This document shows, piece by piece, positions 10,948 to 22,026 of a DNA stretch of 64,000 nt. Source of the DNA: Pseudomonadota bacterium (GTDB taxonomy: Bacteria; Pseudomonadota; Gammaproteobacteria; Pseudomonadales; UBA7434). Positions within the stretch are counted from its first letter, which is position 1, and each line of letters starts with the position of its first letter. The notes under the pieces are model-generated. The model searched no databases. It was not told the DNA's origin and saw only the letters and a list, made by a program, of their open reading frames with translations. The DNA lies in assembly GCA_036344075.1 (NCBI GenBank), contig JAYYUJ010000008.1:27730-91729 (forward strand). The letters run 5' to 3'. Position numbers and translations under genes: made by a program.

Positions 10948-11913
10948 TCAAGAAACGGCTAATAGTAATAGGCGATCAACGCCAAGTGCAACCCCTGCAC
11001 ACTCAGGCAGGCCTGACTTTAGCGCTTTAAGGAAGTGTTGATCAACCGCTTGCGTTGGTAAACCTAGTTCACGTCGTCGCTGGTTATCTTGCTCAAATCG
11101 ATCAACATGCTGATCATGATCGGTTAACTCCTCATAACCATTCGCAAGTTCAATACCCTCTATATACAGTTCAAACCGTTTAGCGACTAAATTACCCTGT
11201 TCATCATGATCTATTTTTGCCAATGCCGCTTGCGAGGCGGGGTAATCAATTAAAAAGCAGGGTGCTTGATGGCCTAAGTTAGGCTCGATGCAATGACTCA
11301 TTAATAAATCTAACCAAATGTCTTTATCTTGATCCGTAAAATCACAATCGATTTTTTGATGGGCAAAATTCTCTAACTGCGCACTAGTCAAGCTGAAAGG
11401 ATCAATCGATAGATAGCGTAAAAATGCCTCGCGATAAGATAATATTTCGACCCCATTAGCCATCAGGCCTGCCGGAATTAGCGTCATCAATAAAGCGGTT
11501 ACATCATCGATTAAATCAGCTATATTAAACCCAACTCGGTACCATTCAAGCAGAGTAAATTCAATGCTATGCCTAGGTCCCGGCACATCTTGACGGAATG
11601 ACTTACTGATTTGATAAATAGATCCACTGCCTAAAGACAGTAATTGCTTCATTGCATATTCAGGTGAGGTAGTTAAATAAAGCCAAGTCTGTGAAGTGGA
11701 TTGATAATTAACCGTTGGATTTTCAACTTTAATATTATCTAACTGTGGGTCAGTAATCGGATAATCAGAAAGTAATGGCGTATCAACCTCAAGCACCTGC
11801 TGCTGATCAAAGTAACGCCTAATTGCGGCTAGTATCTTTGCACGTTTTCCCAAACATTGCTTAACATTTTTGGCCGTTAAGGCCGCAGGGTTAGCGCCGG
11901 TAGTTTCAATCAT
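10948..11913 (-). CDS. epmA: EF-P--(R)-beta-lysine ligase (PoxA/GenX)
   Basis: The 321-aa product resembles a class II lysyl-tRNA-synthetase catalytic core without an anticodon domain (FRQD..., [13 protein letters not shown]). Its ATG overlaps the efp stop (ATGA). Confidence 0.88.
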   Translation of the reverse strand: MIETTGANPAALTAKNVKQCLGKRAKILAAIRRYFDQQQVLEVDTPLLSDYPITDPQLDNIKVENPTVNYQSTSQTWLYLTTSPEYAMKQLLSLGSGSIYQISKSFRQDVPGPRHSIEFTLLEWYRVGFNIADLIDDVTALLMTLIPAGLMANGVEILSYREAFLRYLSIDPFSLTSAQLENFAHQKIDCDFTDQDKDIWLDLLMSHCIEPNLGHQAPCFLIDYPASQAALAKIDHDEQGNLVAKRFELYIEGIELANGYEELTDHDQHVDRFEQDNQRRRELGLPTQAVDQHFLKALKSGLPECAGVALGVDRLLLLAVS

Positions 11914-12473
11914 GCGCGAGAAACATATTCGCCTGTTCGAGTATCTATCTTTAATACTTCGCCTTGGTCAATAAATAATGGAACCCTCACAACCGCTCCA
12001 GTCGATAGAGTCGCTGGCTTAGTGCCACCTTGAGCGGTATCGCCCTTTAGGCCTGGATCTGTTTCTACGACTTCTAACTCGACAAAATTTGGCGGTGACA
12101 CCGTTAAGGGTGCGCCATTCCAGAGTGTAACCACGCAGCAATCCTGCTCTTTTAGAAATAATTTAGCGTCGGCTACAGCCTCAAGCGAAGCCGGTATTTG
12201 TTCGTAACTGATAGGGTCCATAAAATACCAAAATTCACCGTCACAATAGAGGTACTCCATATCGGTATCTATCACATCAGCGGCCTCAACACTTTCACCA
12301 GACTTAAAGGTTTTTTCCCATGTCCTGCCGGTCTTTAGATTTTTGAGTCGTACACGATTAAATGCTTGACCTTTACCCGGCTTAACCACCTCGTTCTCAA
12401 CAATACTACAAGGATCACCATCGATAATAAGTTTTAAGCCATTCTTAAATTCGTTGGTAGAGTAAGTCGCCAT
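11910..12473 (-). CDS. efp: Elongation factor P
   Basis: The 187-aa product has the conserved loop VKPGKGQAF carrying the modifiable Lys, and is collinear with E. coli EF-P. Confidence 0.96.
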   Translation of the reverse strand: MATYSTNEFKNGLKLIIDGDPCSIVENEVVKPGKGQAFNRVRLKNLKTGRTWEKTFKSGESVEAADVIDTDMEYLYCDGEFWYFMDPISYEQIPASLEAVADAKLFLKEQDCCVVTLWNGAPLTVSPPNFVELEVVETDPGLKGDTAQGGTKPATLSTGAVVRVPLFIDQGEVLKIDTRTGEYVSRA

Positions 12474-12566
12474 AATATGCCCCGATAATGCTACAAATTA
12501 ATTGATTATCCCTGTTGCTAATCTCGAGTTCAATCTACAATGAATTAGCAGCTTTAATTAGCTGGT

Positions 12567-13682
12567 GTGAACCCAACTCGATATCAACACAGAGACCGTA
12601 ACGTGATAAAAAACCCTATGATAGCCCGAACTGACCCTGACTGTCAGACTGAAATTCAACCGATCCATACGGTTCAAGCTTTAGATTGGCGTGAATTGCT
12701 ATCGGCATCGCCTCTAAACTTGACTGAATTACTGTCACAACTCGAGCTCACCTACGACGATTTCATTCTCAACTTTGGCGGCCCACTTGATAGCAACCCA
12801 CAAGACTTCCCTATTCGCGCACCGGCCCCTTTTATAGCGAGAATCCAAAAAGGTGATATTAATGATCCTCTATTACGCCAGATACTGCCCCTAGAAAAAG
12901 AAAATGATCTTATGCCTGGGTATACTGATGACCCATTGGGAGAAAAAGACTATAACGTTGCGCCAGGGTTAATTCATAAATATCGCAGTCGCGCATTGCT
13001 CATCGTAACACAAGCCTGCGCAATTCACTGTCGCTACTGTTTTCGTCGGCATTTCCCTTATGAAGATAATCGACCCGCGCGTCAGGCTTGGCAACAAGCG
13101 CTGGATTATTTACGCAAAAACACCAATATTAATGAGATTATTTTAAGTGGCGGCGATCCGTTAGCCGTCAGCAATAAACAATTACAGTGGCTCACTCAAC
13201 AATTAGCCGCTATTCCTCATATCAAAACATTGCGTATTCACAGCCGTTTACCTATCGTCTTACCGCAACGTATCGATAGTGATTTTATCGCTTGGCTAAA
13301 AGCGTGGTCAGGGCATAAAGTGGTTGTGATCCACAGTAACCATGCTAATGAAATAGACAGTCACGTTAAGCGGGCAATAAACGATATAACATCAACTGGC
13401 GCTACTATTTTAAACCAAGCCGTTATGTTAAAGGGAGTAAATGATTGTCCCAAAACACTTGTCGAGTTGAGTCAACGTCTGTTCAATTGTGGCGTACTGC
13501 CTTATTACTTACACCTACTTGATGCGGTTAATGGCGCTGCTCATTTTTCTATAAGCGACGCTAGGGCTAAACGCATTATGGGTGAAGTGGCTGGTCTTTT
13601 GCCTGGGTATTTAGTGCCTAAGCTGGTCAGAGAGTTAGCTAATAAAAAATCAAAAACATTAATACTACCAACCGAGAGTTAA
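12567..13682 (+). CDS. epmB: EF-P beta-lysylation protein EpmB (lysine 2,3-aminomutase-like radical SAM)
   Basis: It has the radical-SAM cluster motif CAIHCRYCFRR and is collinear with E. coli EpmB (DPLLRQ, SGGDPL, HSRLPIV, PYYLH). The GTG at 12567 may be too far upstream; the ATG at 12618 is an alternative start. Confidence 0.9.
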   Translation: MNPTRYQHRDRNVIKNPMIARTDPDCQTEIQPIHTVQALDWRELLSASPLNLTELLSQLELTYDDFILNFGGPLDSNPQDFPIRAPAPFIARIQKGDINDPLLRQILPLEKENDLMPGYTDDPLGEKDYNVAPGLIHKYRSRALLIVTQACAIHCRYCFRRHFPYEDNRPARQAWQQALDYLRKNTNINEIILSGGDPLAVSNKQLQWLTQQLAAIPHIKTLRIHSRLPIVLPQRIDSDFIAWLKAWSGHKVVVIHSNHANEIDSHVKRAINDITSTGATILNQAVMLKGVNDCPKTLVELSQRLFNCGVLPYYLHLLDAVNGAAHFSISDARAKRIMGEVAGLLPGYLVPKLVRELANKKSKTLILPTES

Positions 13683-14911
13683 TGGTTTTTATGGTGGCTT
13701 GTAGCTATTCGCTCCCTATCACTGATGCCAAGTAAATAGATAATACTGTCTAATCCTAAGGTTGATATCGATTGTCGGGCCGAGGCCTTTACAATGGGCT
13801 TAGCGCGAAAGGCAATTCCTAGGCCAGCAACGCTTAGCATCGGCAAATCATTAGCCCCATCACCAACAGCAATAACTTGTTCAAGCGCAATATTTTCTCG
13901 CTGTGCAATATCTTTTAATAACTCTGCTTTGCGTTCACCATTAATAATATCGCCAACCACCTCACCCGTCACCACACCGGCATGAATATCCAATTGATTT
14001 GCATAAACGTAATCAAAACCTAATTGGTCGCGTAATTGATTAGCAAAATAACTAAAACCACCGGATAAGATAGCTGTTTTATAACCCAAACGCTTTAAGG
14101 TGCTAATTAATGTTTCGGCACCTTCGGTTAACCGTAATGTATCAGAAATCTTCTGTAAGGCAGATTCTTTTAAACCTGATAATAAAGCAACGCGACGACG
14201 AAAACTTTCATCAAAATCAATCTCTCCCTGCATCGCTAACTCGGTGATCGCTGACACTTCTGCACCAACGCCTGCAACTTTTGCTAACTCATCTATCACT
14301 TCTGCTTCTATCAAAGTAGAGTCCATATCAAACACGACTAAGCGTCGATTACGACGAAACATATCGTCTTCTTGATAAGCTATATCCATATCTAACGTGT
14401 TAGTGAGCTCAAGTAACGCCCGACGTACTTTTATTTGATCACTTAACTGACCTCGCATTGAAAATTCAACGCAGGCCTTAGATTGCTCGTCAGCATTTAA
14501 CGGGACACGGCCAGATAGACGGGTGATTTTATCAATATTCAGACCATACTGAGCAGCCAAACTAGTGACCGCATTGATATGCTTTGCAGTTACCTTTCTG
14601 ACTAATAAGGTAAGAATATGGCGCGGCTTGCCCTGCTCGCTGATCCAATGCTGGTAATCGTCGCCGCTAACTGCATCAAACTCAATCGACATGCCGAGTT
14701 TTTCTAACGATTCTCTTAGTCGAGAAAAACAGGCCGCCATGTCAACCGAGTCTGGCATTTCTGCCAATATACCCAGCGCTAAATTATTATGAATAACCGC
14801 TTGGCCGATATCGAGAATATTGACAGCATAATCACTAAGAATCGCAGTTGCTGCCTGGGTAATACCGGTTTGATCAGAACCTGAAATTTTTAATAAAGTA
14901 ACGTTGCTCAT
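13679..14911 (-). CDS. serB: Phosphoserine phosphatase with N-terminal ACT-like domains
   Basis: HAD motifs are present: FDMDSTLI (DxDST), SGGF and GDGANDL. The 410-aa product has an N-terminal regulatory extension. Confidence 0.9.
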   Translation of the reverse strand: MSNVTLLKISGSDQTGITQAATAILSDYAVNILDIGQAVIHNNLALGILAEMPDSVDMAACFSRLRESLEKLGMSIEFDAVSGDDYQHWISEQGKPRHILTLLVRKVTAKHINAVTSLAAQYGLNIDKITRLSGRVPLNADEQSKACVEFSMRGQLSDQIKVRRALLELTNTLDMDIAYQEDDMFRRNRRLVVFDMDSTLIEAEVIDELAKVAGVGAEVSAITELAMQGEIDFDESFRRRVALLSGLKESALQKISDTLRLTEGAETLISTLKRLGYKTAILSGGFSYFANQLRDQLGFDYVYANQLDIHAGVVTGEVVGDIINGERKAELLKDIAQRENIALEQVIAVGDGANDLPMLSVAGLGIAFRAKPIVKASARQSISTLGLDSIIYLLGISDRERIATSHHKNH

Positions 14912-14917
14912 TTTAAT

Positions 14918-17182
14918 TTAAGGCTTTGACTCTATTGATAATGAAGTGACGTTCTTATACCCGTTTGGTAACTTTCTTCCTCTTTTTGCTCTGGAACCCA
15001 CATAATTAGTTAACTCAGAATAAGTCCATTTTTTTGTAGATTTTTTTTTGCTGTGTACAACCAAAAGATCTTCTTTTTTCATGGTTGCAGTGGAAACCAT
15101 AAACTCACTTCGATCAGAAAATCGATCTTTAGGTATACTCATAACTTTCACCCCTTTACCCTTAGACATAACGGGTAAATCAGAAATCGGAAAAATTAAT
15201 AAATATCCTTGATTTGTGACTGAAACTAAAAGATCGTTTTCTAAATCATCGACTTTTTGAGGCATAATTACTTCACCGCCCTCTGGAACTTTAATTAATG
15301 TCTTGCCAGCTTTCTTATTCGCATACATATCACCGAGCTTTGCAACAAACCCATAGCCAGCATCAGTGGCAAGCAGATATAGTTGTTCTTCCGCGCCCAT
15401 CATAGCGCCTTTAAAACTTGCGCCAGAAGGTGGGTTGATCGTACCGGTTAGCGGCTCACCTTGACCCCGTGCCGACGGCAAACCTCTGGCTGGGACGGAG
15501 TAACTTCGACCAGTAGAATCCAATAACACCACTGCTTGATTCGATCTTCCTTTAACCGCCAACTTAAAACTATCACCTGACTTGTAACTCAAGTTATGCG
15601 GGTTAATCTCATGACCCTTTGCTGCACGAATCCAACCCTTTGTCGACAAGACAACAGTGATTGGATCGACGCTAGTAATATCGTCTTCAGAGTAAGCCAA
15701 AGCCTCATCACGGGTAACAATTGGTGACCGACGGTCGTCGCCGTATTCTTCAACCACCGCTTGCAACTCTTTTTTCATCAGCGTCTTCATTCGCTTATCG
15801 GAGCTTAGAATTTTTTCTATTTCATCGCGCTCTTCGCTCAATTGAGACTGCTCATCAGTGATTTTTATTTCTTCTAAACGCGCCAACTGCCGTAAACGTG
15901 TGTCGAGAATATAATCGGTTTGGGCCTCACTTAGCCCAAACTTCTTCATCAGTACTTTTTTAGGTTGCTCTTCGGTACGGATAATATGAATGACTTCATC
16001 GAGATTTAAAAATGCAATTAATAAACCATCTAATAAGTGAAGACGGTTAAGAATCTTATCTAAGCGATACTCTAAGCGCTTGCGGATGGTTTCTTTGCGA
16101 TACGACAACCACTCTTTAATAATTAAGCTAAGGTTTTTCACTTGGGGCCGACCATCAACCCCAATCATATTCATATTAATACGGTAGTTACGCTCTAGAT
16201 CAGTGGTTGAAAATAAATGTGACATCAGAGTATCAACATCTACTCGATTCGACTTTGGCACAATCACTAAACGTGTTGGGTTTTCGTGGTCAGACTCGTC
16301 ACGTAAATCAACCACCATCGGTAACTTTTTGGCCTGCATCTGCACCGCTATTTGTTCTAACACTCTAGAACCAGAAACCTGATGCGGCAAGGCTGTTACA
16401 ACAATATCTCCCTGCTCGGTATCATACACCGCTCGCATTTTTAGGCTACCCTTGCCCGTCTTATACATTTCCAAAATTGACTCAGGAGGGGTAATAATCT
16501 CAGCTTCGGTCGGATAATCAGGGCCCTTAATGAAAGCAAATAAATCCTCAACGCTAGCCTTAGGTTTTTCTAGTAAATGAATACAGGCAGCAACCACTTC
16601 GCTTAGGTTATGCGATGGAATATCCGTTGCCATACCGACGGCAATGCCGGTTGTTCCGTTTAATAAAATATTAGGCACTTTGGCTGGTAAAATAACAGGC
16701 TCAAACAGCGTGCCATCAAAGTTAGGCTGCCAATCAACGGTGCCTTGTGACACTTCCGCCATCAATGCGTCTGCGTAAGGCGCTAATCGTGACTCGGTAT
16801 AACGCATAGCCGCGAATGACTTAGGGTCATCTGTTGAACCCCAATTCCCTTGACCATCGACCAATGGGTATCGGTAACTGAAGGGTTGCGCCATTAGCAC
16901 CATCGCTTCATACACTGAGCTGTCGCCGTGAGGATGAAACTTACCAATCACATCACCGACGGTTCGGGCTGATTTTTTATATTTAGCAGAAGCCTTGAGA
17001 CCCAATTCTGACATGGCATAAACGATACGGCGCTGAACAGGTTTTAATCCATCGCCAATATGAGGTAAGGCGCGATCAAGAATGACATACATCGAGTAAT
17101 CGAGATACGCTTTCTCGGTATATTCCTTGATGGACAATTGCTCAGCTGAAAAATTGCTTGAATCTATCGAAGTATCGCTCAT
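14918..17182 (-). CDS. parC: DNA topoisomerase IV subunit A
   Basis: The 754-aa product has GyrA/ParC N-terminal blocks ([25 protein letters not shown] with the catalytic Tyr). It lacks a GyrA-box-type tail, and parE lies in the same window. Confidence 0.93.
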   Translation of the reverse strand: MSDTSIDSSNFSAEQLSIKEYTEKAYLDYSMYVILDRALPHIGDGLKPVQRRIVYAMSELGLKASAKYKKSARTVGDVIGKFHPHGDSSVYEAMVLMAQPFSYRYPLVDGQGNWGSTDDPKSFAAMRYTESRLAPYADALMAEVSQGTVDWQPNFDGTLFEPVILPAKVPNILLNGTTGIAVGMATDIPSHNLSEVVAACIHLLEKPKASVEDLFAFIKGPDYPTEAEIITPPESILEMYKTGKGSLKMRAVYDTEQGDIVVTALPHQVSGSRVLEQIAVQMQAKKLPMVVDLRDESDHENPTRLVIVPKSNRVDVDTLMSHLFSTTDLERNYRINMNMIGVDGRPQVKNLSLIIKEWLSYRKETIRKRLEYRLDKILNRLHLLDGLLIAFLNLDEVIHIIRTEEQPKKVLMKKFGLSEAQTDYILDTRLRQLARLEEIKITDEQSQLSEERDEIEKILSSDKRMKTLMKKELQAVVEEYGDDRRSPIVTRDEALAYSEDDITSVDPITVVLSTKGWIRAAKGHEINPHNLSYKSGDSFKLAVKGRSNQAVVLLDSTGRSYSVPARGLPSARGQGEPLTGTINPPSGASFKGAMMGAEEQLYLLATDAGYGFVAKLGDMYANKKAGKTLIKVPEGGEVIMPQKVDDLENDLLVSVTNQGYLLIFPISDLPVMSKGKGVKVMSIPKDRFSDRSEFMVSTATMKKEDLLVVHSKKKSTKKWTYSELTNYVGSRAKRGRKLPNGYKNVTSLSIESKP

Positions 17183-17433
17183 TGAGTCGCTGTTCTCATA
17201 TTAGTTCAGGGTTGCTGATCGTCGCTATCGAGACCTAATTATTTGCTGCCGAAATTATTTTGGCTATTTTTTCAAAGCATAACAGGCTTGTCATACTACA
17301 TCGCATAAATTGTCTCAAAAAATAGCCTTCTACGCATCAACACCGGTGCTTTTATGGTGGTAATATGTAGACCTCAAAACGAATTAATGCCTTTTTTCTA
17401 TTTTCTTTATCTAATCATTGTCGGAGCCTCATT

Positions 17434-17805
17434 ATGACACTTGACCAAGCAGCCTATTTTAGCCTTGCTACCTTTCGAAAATCCGGCGTAGCCGTTGAAA
17501 CCCCTGTCTGGTTTGCAGGTGACAAACAAACTTATTACGTCTTTTCTGCCGGCCAAGCAGGCAAAGTCAAGCGACTAAGAAACTCCCCTAAATCACGCGT
17601 CGCCGCCTGTAATGTGATCGGTAAAATCTTAGGTGAATGGCAAGACAGTGAAGCTTTTATTTTAACCAGCGATGAAGAGATACGCCAAGCACATAGCGCG
17701 CTGATAAAAAAGTACGGCTGGCAAATGCGGCTGACTGACCTTGGCTCGTGGCTAACCGGCAGGAAAACTAAGCGCGCTTATATTAAAGTCGTGCTAATCG
17801 ATTAG
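17434..17805 (+). CDS. Pyridoxamine 5'-phosphate oxidase (PPOX)-family small protein
   Basis: The 123-aa product has the pattern LATFRKSGVAVETPVWF..., typical of the small PPOX-class (putative F420/FMN-binding) family. Confidence 0.5.
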   Translation: MTLDQAAYFSLATFRKSGVAVETPVWFAGDKQTYYVFSAGQAGKVKRLRNSPKSRVAACNVIGKILGEWQDSEAFILTSDEEIRQAHSALIKKYGWQMRLTDLGSWLTGRKTKRAYIKVVLID

Positions 17806-17863
17806 CACGTTGTACCGATGATTTCTGTCACCATTTACTGTCACTATTTTAGGTAAGCCACTA

Positions 17864-19420
17864 ATGTTAATTCGCCATAAAACTATCACTTTTTTAGCAA
17901 CCATTAGCAGCTTTTTGATGGCTGCAAATAATAGTTTCGGGCAATCCAGTCATATGGCTGAACAGCAAATTCACCCGCCTGCAAGTAGTTATCTAGCGGC
18001 TGAGCATGCCTTACAGACAAATCTCGCTCGAAAAGATAACCGTCACCGTGCAAGTGGCATCATCTTGTTTGTCGGTGATGGCATGAGCATTGCAACCGTT
18101 ACGGCTGGGCGTATCTATATTGGGCAAAAATCGGGGGCTAATGGAGAGGAGCACAATTTATCTTTTGAACGATTCCCCGCGGTTGGCTTGGCTAAAACCT
18201 ATAATACTAACCAACAGACGCCCGACTCAGCAGGTACTATGACCGCTTTGATCACGGGTGAAAAAACCAAAGCAGGAGTGCTTAGTATGGCTGCAAAAGT
18301 TGCGCGAGCTGACACAAATGCCTGTGGTAAGGAACAACTCACCACCCTATTTGAGCTCGCTGAAGACAGAAACTGGGCGACAGGCATTGTTACCACAACT
18401 TCCGTCACCCATGCCACCCCCGCAGCAGGCTTTGCCCATACTCCTGAACGAAACTGGGAGAATGATTCAGAGTTACCTATTGAGGCAAAAACTAAAGGTT
18501 GTCGCGACATCGCGCGGCAATTTGTTGAGTTTAGCCACGGCGATGGTATCGATGTATTACTGGGCGGCGGCCGTAGCCACTTTTTACCCAAGGACTCTAT
18601 GCATGCTAATGGCAAGCGTGAGGATGGTATTAATTTAATTTCTCAGTGGCAACAGCGCAATCCAAACGGTCGCTACTTTCATAATCGTCGTCAATTAATC
18701 GCTTATCAAAATAGAGATACCGATAAAATTTTAGGTTTATTTTCCGATTCACATATGGACTTTGAAGCCGACCGTGATAGTAGCGGCCAACCCAGTCTCA
18801 GCGAAATGGTTAACGTGGCGATTAATCAATTGCAAAAAAGTAAACGCTTTCTATTAGTGGTCGAAGCCGGTCGAATTGATCATGCGCATCACGTGGGAAA
18901 TGCCTATCGCGCACTAGAAGACCTGCACGCTTTTGATCAAGCAATAGAATTAGCGTATGACAAAGTGAATCTCAAAGAGACATTAATGATTGTGACAGCC
19001 GATCATAGCCATACCTTAACACTGGCGGGCTACCCTACGCGCGGCAACCCTATTTTAGGTTTCGTGACAGGTAACGATAAATCAGGTGAAGCAGAAACCT
19101 CGCCTAGCCTTGCCGCCGACAAGAAACCCTACACAACCCTAAGTTATGCTAACGGCCCCGGTTACTATAATCAGCCCAGCGATCCAGAAAATCCTTATGC
19201 GCGATTTAATAATATTGGCCAGTCAACACGGCAAACCACGCTTGAAGACAACCCAGAGGCAGAACACTACCATCAAGAAGCCGGCGTCCCCTTAGCCACT
19301 GAAACTCATGCAGGTGACGATGTTGCTGTATATGCACAAGGTCCTTGGGCGCACTTACTGAATGGCGTTATGGAACAACATTATATATTTCATGTGATGA
19401 AATATGCTGGGGCACTGTAA
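17864..19420 (+). CDS. Alkaline phosphatase (PhoA family), secreted
   Basis: There is a signal peptide, the nucleophile motif DSAGTMTAL (D-S-A), and metal ligands GRIDHAHH and TADHSHT. Confidence 0.9.
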   Translation: MLIRHKTITFLATISSFLMAANNSFGQSSHMAEQQIHPPASSYLAAEHALQTNLARKDNRHRASGIILFVGDGMSIATVTAGRIYIGQKSGANGEEHNLSFERFPAVGLAKTYNTNQQTPDSAGTMTALITGEKTKAGVLSMAAKVARADTNACGKEQLTTLFELAEDRNWATGIVTTTSVTHATPAAGFAHTPERNWENDSELPIEAKTKGCRDIARQFVEFSHGDGIDVLLGGGRSHFLPKDSMHANGKREDGINLISQWQQRNPNGRYFHNRRQLIAYQNRDTDKILGLFSDSHMDFEADRDSSGQPSLSEMVNVAINQLQKSKRFLLVVEAGRIDHAHHVGNAYRALEDLHAFDQAIELAYDKVNLKETLMIVTADHSHTLTLAGYPTRGNPILGFVTGNDKSGEAETSPSLAADKKPYTTLSYANGPGYYNQPSDPENPYARFNNIGQSTRQTTLEDNPEAEHYHQEAGVPLATETHAGDDVAVYAQGPWAHLLNGVMEQHYIFHVMKYAGAL

Positions 19421-19452
19421 CTCAGCAAGGCAATAAGTGAGAGTTTAATCGC

Positions 19453-19890
19453 TTAACTATTCAGCATAAACGTGACTGGGCCATCGTTGACTAATGCAAC
19501 TTGCATATCAGTAGCAAACTGTCCCGTTTCAACTTTAAGCGGTGATGCCTTTAACTGCGCTATGCAGTCTAGATAAAGTCGCTTGGCTAAAGTTGGTTCT
19601 GCGGCTGATGAAAAGCTTGGTCGCAAGCCTTTATCGGTATTAGCCGCTAGTGTGAACTGCGAGACAACCAGTAATTCACCGGCTATATCTGTGACGCTCA
19701 AATTCATTTTATTATTATGATCGTTAAAAACGCGATAATCGAGCAACTTGGATGCCATTTTTTCCGATGACTGACTATCATCATCAGCTTCAACAGCGAG
19801 TAATACCAGCAAACCTTTGCTGATCTTTCCAATTATTTGATCGTCGACTCTGACACTTGCAGAGTTAACCCGTTGTATCAGCGCACGCAT
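19453..19890 (-). CDS. dtd: D-aminoacyl-tRNA deacylase
   Basis: The 145-aa product has the N-terminus MRALIQRV and SQFTL motifs characteristic of Dtd. Confidence 0.92.
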   Translation of the reverse strand: MRALIQRVNSASVRVDDQIIGKISKGLLVLLAVEADDDSQSSEKMASKLLDYRVFNDHNNKMNLSVTDIAGELLVVSQFTLAANTDKGLRPSFSSAAEPTLAKRLYLDCIAQLKASPLKVETGQFATDMQVALVNDGPVTFMLNS

Positions 19891-19898
19891 GACAATCG

Positions 19899-21734
19899 TT
19901 ACTCCTTGGTTGGACGAGCAGCGCGCTTACGCTCATGCTCAAGTAATAATTTTTTACGAATTCGAATACTGTCTGGCGTAACCTCTACCAGCTCATCATC
20001 TTCAATAAACTCTAACGCCTGTTCTAAAGTGTATCGAATTGGTGGCGATAGAATGGTCGCTTCATCGGTGCCAGAAGCTCTAACATTAGTTAACTGTTTC
20101 GCCTTAGTCGGATTAACCGTTAAATCATTGCCACGACTGTGAATACCCATCACTTGGCCCTCATAGACATCGATATTGGCATCTATCATTAAGCGACCAC
20201 GATCTTGCAAATTAAATAACGCATAAGCTAAAGTTTTGCCTTTTACATTGCTGATCAATACGCCATTAGTGCGCGATTGAACTTCGCCGACTTTTACCTG
20301 GCCATAGTGATCAAATATAGACGTCAGAATGCCAGAACCCGAGGTCATGGTTAAAAACTCAGAGCGAAAACCAATTAGGCCACGGGCTGGAATCATATAA
20401 TCCAATCTAACCCGGCCTTTGCCATCCGGCACCATGTTCTTAAGATCACCTTTTCGTGCGCCTAAGGCTTCCATCACTGAACCTTGATGCTGCTCTTCGC
20501 AATCGACAACCACCGATTCAAAGGGCTCTTCCACAACACCATCGACCACCCGCTGCACGACCTCTGGCCGGCCAACGCTTAGCTCAAATCCCTCGCGACG
20601 CATAGTTTCGATTAACACAGATAAATGCAGCTCTCCACGGCCAGAGACAACAAATTTATCCGCACTGTCGCCCTGTTCAACCTTTAAGGCCACATTGTGT
20701 AGTAACTCGCGATCCAGCCGTTCTTTAATATTTCGACTGGTAACAAACTTACCTTCTAAGCCAGCGAAGGGAGAATCATTTACTTGGAAGGTCATCGACA
20801 CCGTAGGCTCATCAACCGTTAGCTTAGGCAAGGCCTCAACTTGATCCGGAGAACACAAAGTGTCTGAAATATTTAATCCATCGATACCCGTGATGCAAAT
20901 AATATCTCCGGCCACCGCTTCTTCGACCGGCACACGTTCGACGCCCATATTGCCAAGAATATCTAAAACTCGGCCATTACGTGTATTGTTATTGCCATCA
21001 ACAATGATGACCGGTGTGTTGCGTTTAATTTTGCCGCGAGTCACGCGACCGACGCCAATAACACCAACATAGCTGGAATAATCAAGCGCACTTATCTGCA
21101 TTTGAAAGGCGCCGCTAGGATCAACCGAGGGTGCTTTAACGTGATCTAAAATCAGCTCTAATAAAGCTGTCATGTCGCTACCCATGGCGCTTTCATCGAG
21201 TCCAGCAATGCCGTTCAACGCTGAGGCATAGACGACTGGAAAATCTAACTGCTCATCCGTCGCGCCAAGACGATCAAATAGATCAAACACCTGATCCATT
21301 ACCCAGTCAGGTCTCGCGCCCGGTCGGTCGATCTTATTAATCACCACGATAGGATTCAAACCGCGGGCAAAGGCCTTTTGAGTTACGAATCGAGTTTGAG
21401 GCATCGGCCCATCGACCGCATCAACTAGCAGGAGTACCGAGTCAACCATCGACAACACACGCTCAACCTCACCTCCAAAATCGGCATGGCCCGGGGTATC
21501 AACAATATTTATGTGATAGCCTTGCCAGTTAATCGCTGTGTTTTTGGCTAGAATAGTGATGCCACGCTCTTTTTCCTGATCATTCGAATCCATGATCCTT
21601 TCAATGCCTTGATCACGACGATCGAGTGTCCCAGACTGCTCTAATAGCTTATCGACTAAGGTGGTCTTGCCATGGTCAACATGAGCAATAATAGCGATAT
21701 TACGCAGCTCTTTAATATTAATTTGTTCAGTCAC
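19899..21734 (-). CDS. typA: Translational GTPase TypA/BipA
   Basis: Motifs include [16 protein letters not shown] and DTPGHADF, and the product is collinear with E. coli BipA. The ORF is open to a TTG at 21773, but AGGAG sits 10 nt upstream of the GTG at 21734, which gives a BipA-like N-terminus. Confidence 0.93.
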   Translation of the reverse strand: MTEQINIKELRNIAIIAHVDHGKTTLVDKLLEQSGTLDRRDQGIERIMDSNDQEKERGITILAKNTAINWQGYHINIVDTPGHADFGGEVERVLSMVDSVLLLVDAVDGPMPQTRFVTQKAFARGLNPIVVINKIDRPGARPDWVMDQVFDLFDRLGATDEQLDFPVVYASALNGIAGLDESAMGSDMTALLELILDHVKAPSVDPSGAFQMQISALDYSSYVGVIGVGRVTRGKIKRNTPVIIVDGNNNTRNGRVLDILGNMGVERVPVEEAVAGDIICITGIDGLNISDTLCSPDQVEALPKLTVDEPTVSMTFQVNDSPFAGLEGKFVTSRNIKERLDRELLHNVALKVEQGDSADKFVVSGRGELHLSVLIETMRREGFELSVGRPEVVQRVVDGVVEEPFESVVVDCEEQHQGSVMEALGARKGDLKNMVPDGKGRVRLDYMIPARGLIGFRSEFLTMTSGSGILTSIFDHYGQVKVGEVQSRTNGVLISNVKGKTLAYALFNLQDRGRLMIDANIDVYEGQVMGIHSRGNDLTVNPTKAKQLTNVRASGTDEATILSPPIRYTLEQALEFIEDDELVEVTPDSIRIRKKLLLEHERKRAARPTKE

Positions 21735-22026
21735 TGTAGTGACACTCCTAAATGGCGTTAGCCATGACGACAAATGTTAAAGCGGCGCGATTATACACAA
21801 GCCAATGCCGCATTAAAGCCAATCTGCCCAATGCCGCGGTATTATTTCCGTATACATGAAGTAAAATCCATTTTTTTGCTGGTTTTATCCGAGATAACGT
21901 CTCGACAAACCCAAATGCCTCGATTTGATTGTTTTTGCTATCCACAAAGTGTTAACCGCTATTGGCAAATACGCGAATGAACAGTAACGTAGCGACTGTC
22001 GTTAATTTGATTTTTAGGAGAGACCC

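Noticed and set aside
18199-18638. Two ORFs of 126-138 aa (one antisense, one in an alternate frame) lie inside the alkaline phosphatase gene.
   Set aside because: They lie entirely within a CDS with strong family motifs. Their translations are low-complexity (Pro/Ser/Ala-rich), as is typical of shadow frames.
21802-21837. A direct 10-mer repeat CCAATGCCGC (21802-21811 and 21828-21837) lies in the typA upstream region, along with the small ORFs 21748-21980.
   Set aside because: The repeat is short, I know of no matching regulatory motif, and the ORFs lack RBSs. It may be leader structure, but the evidence is insufficient.
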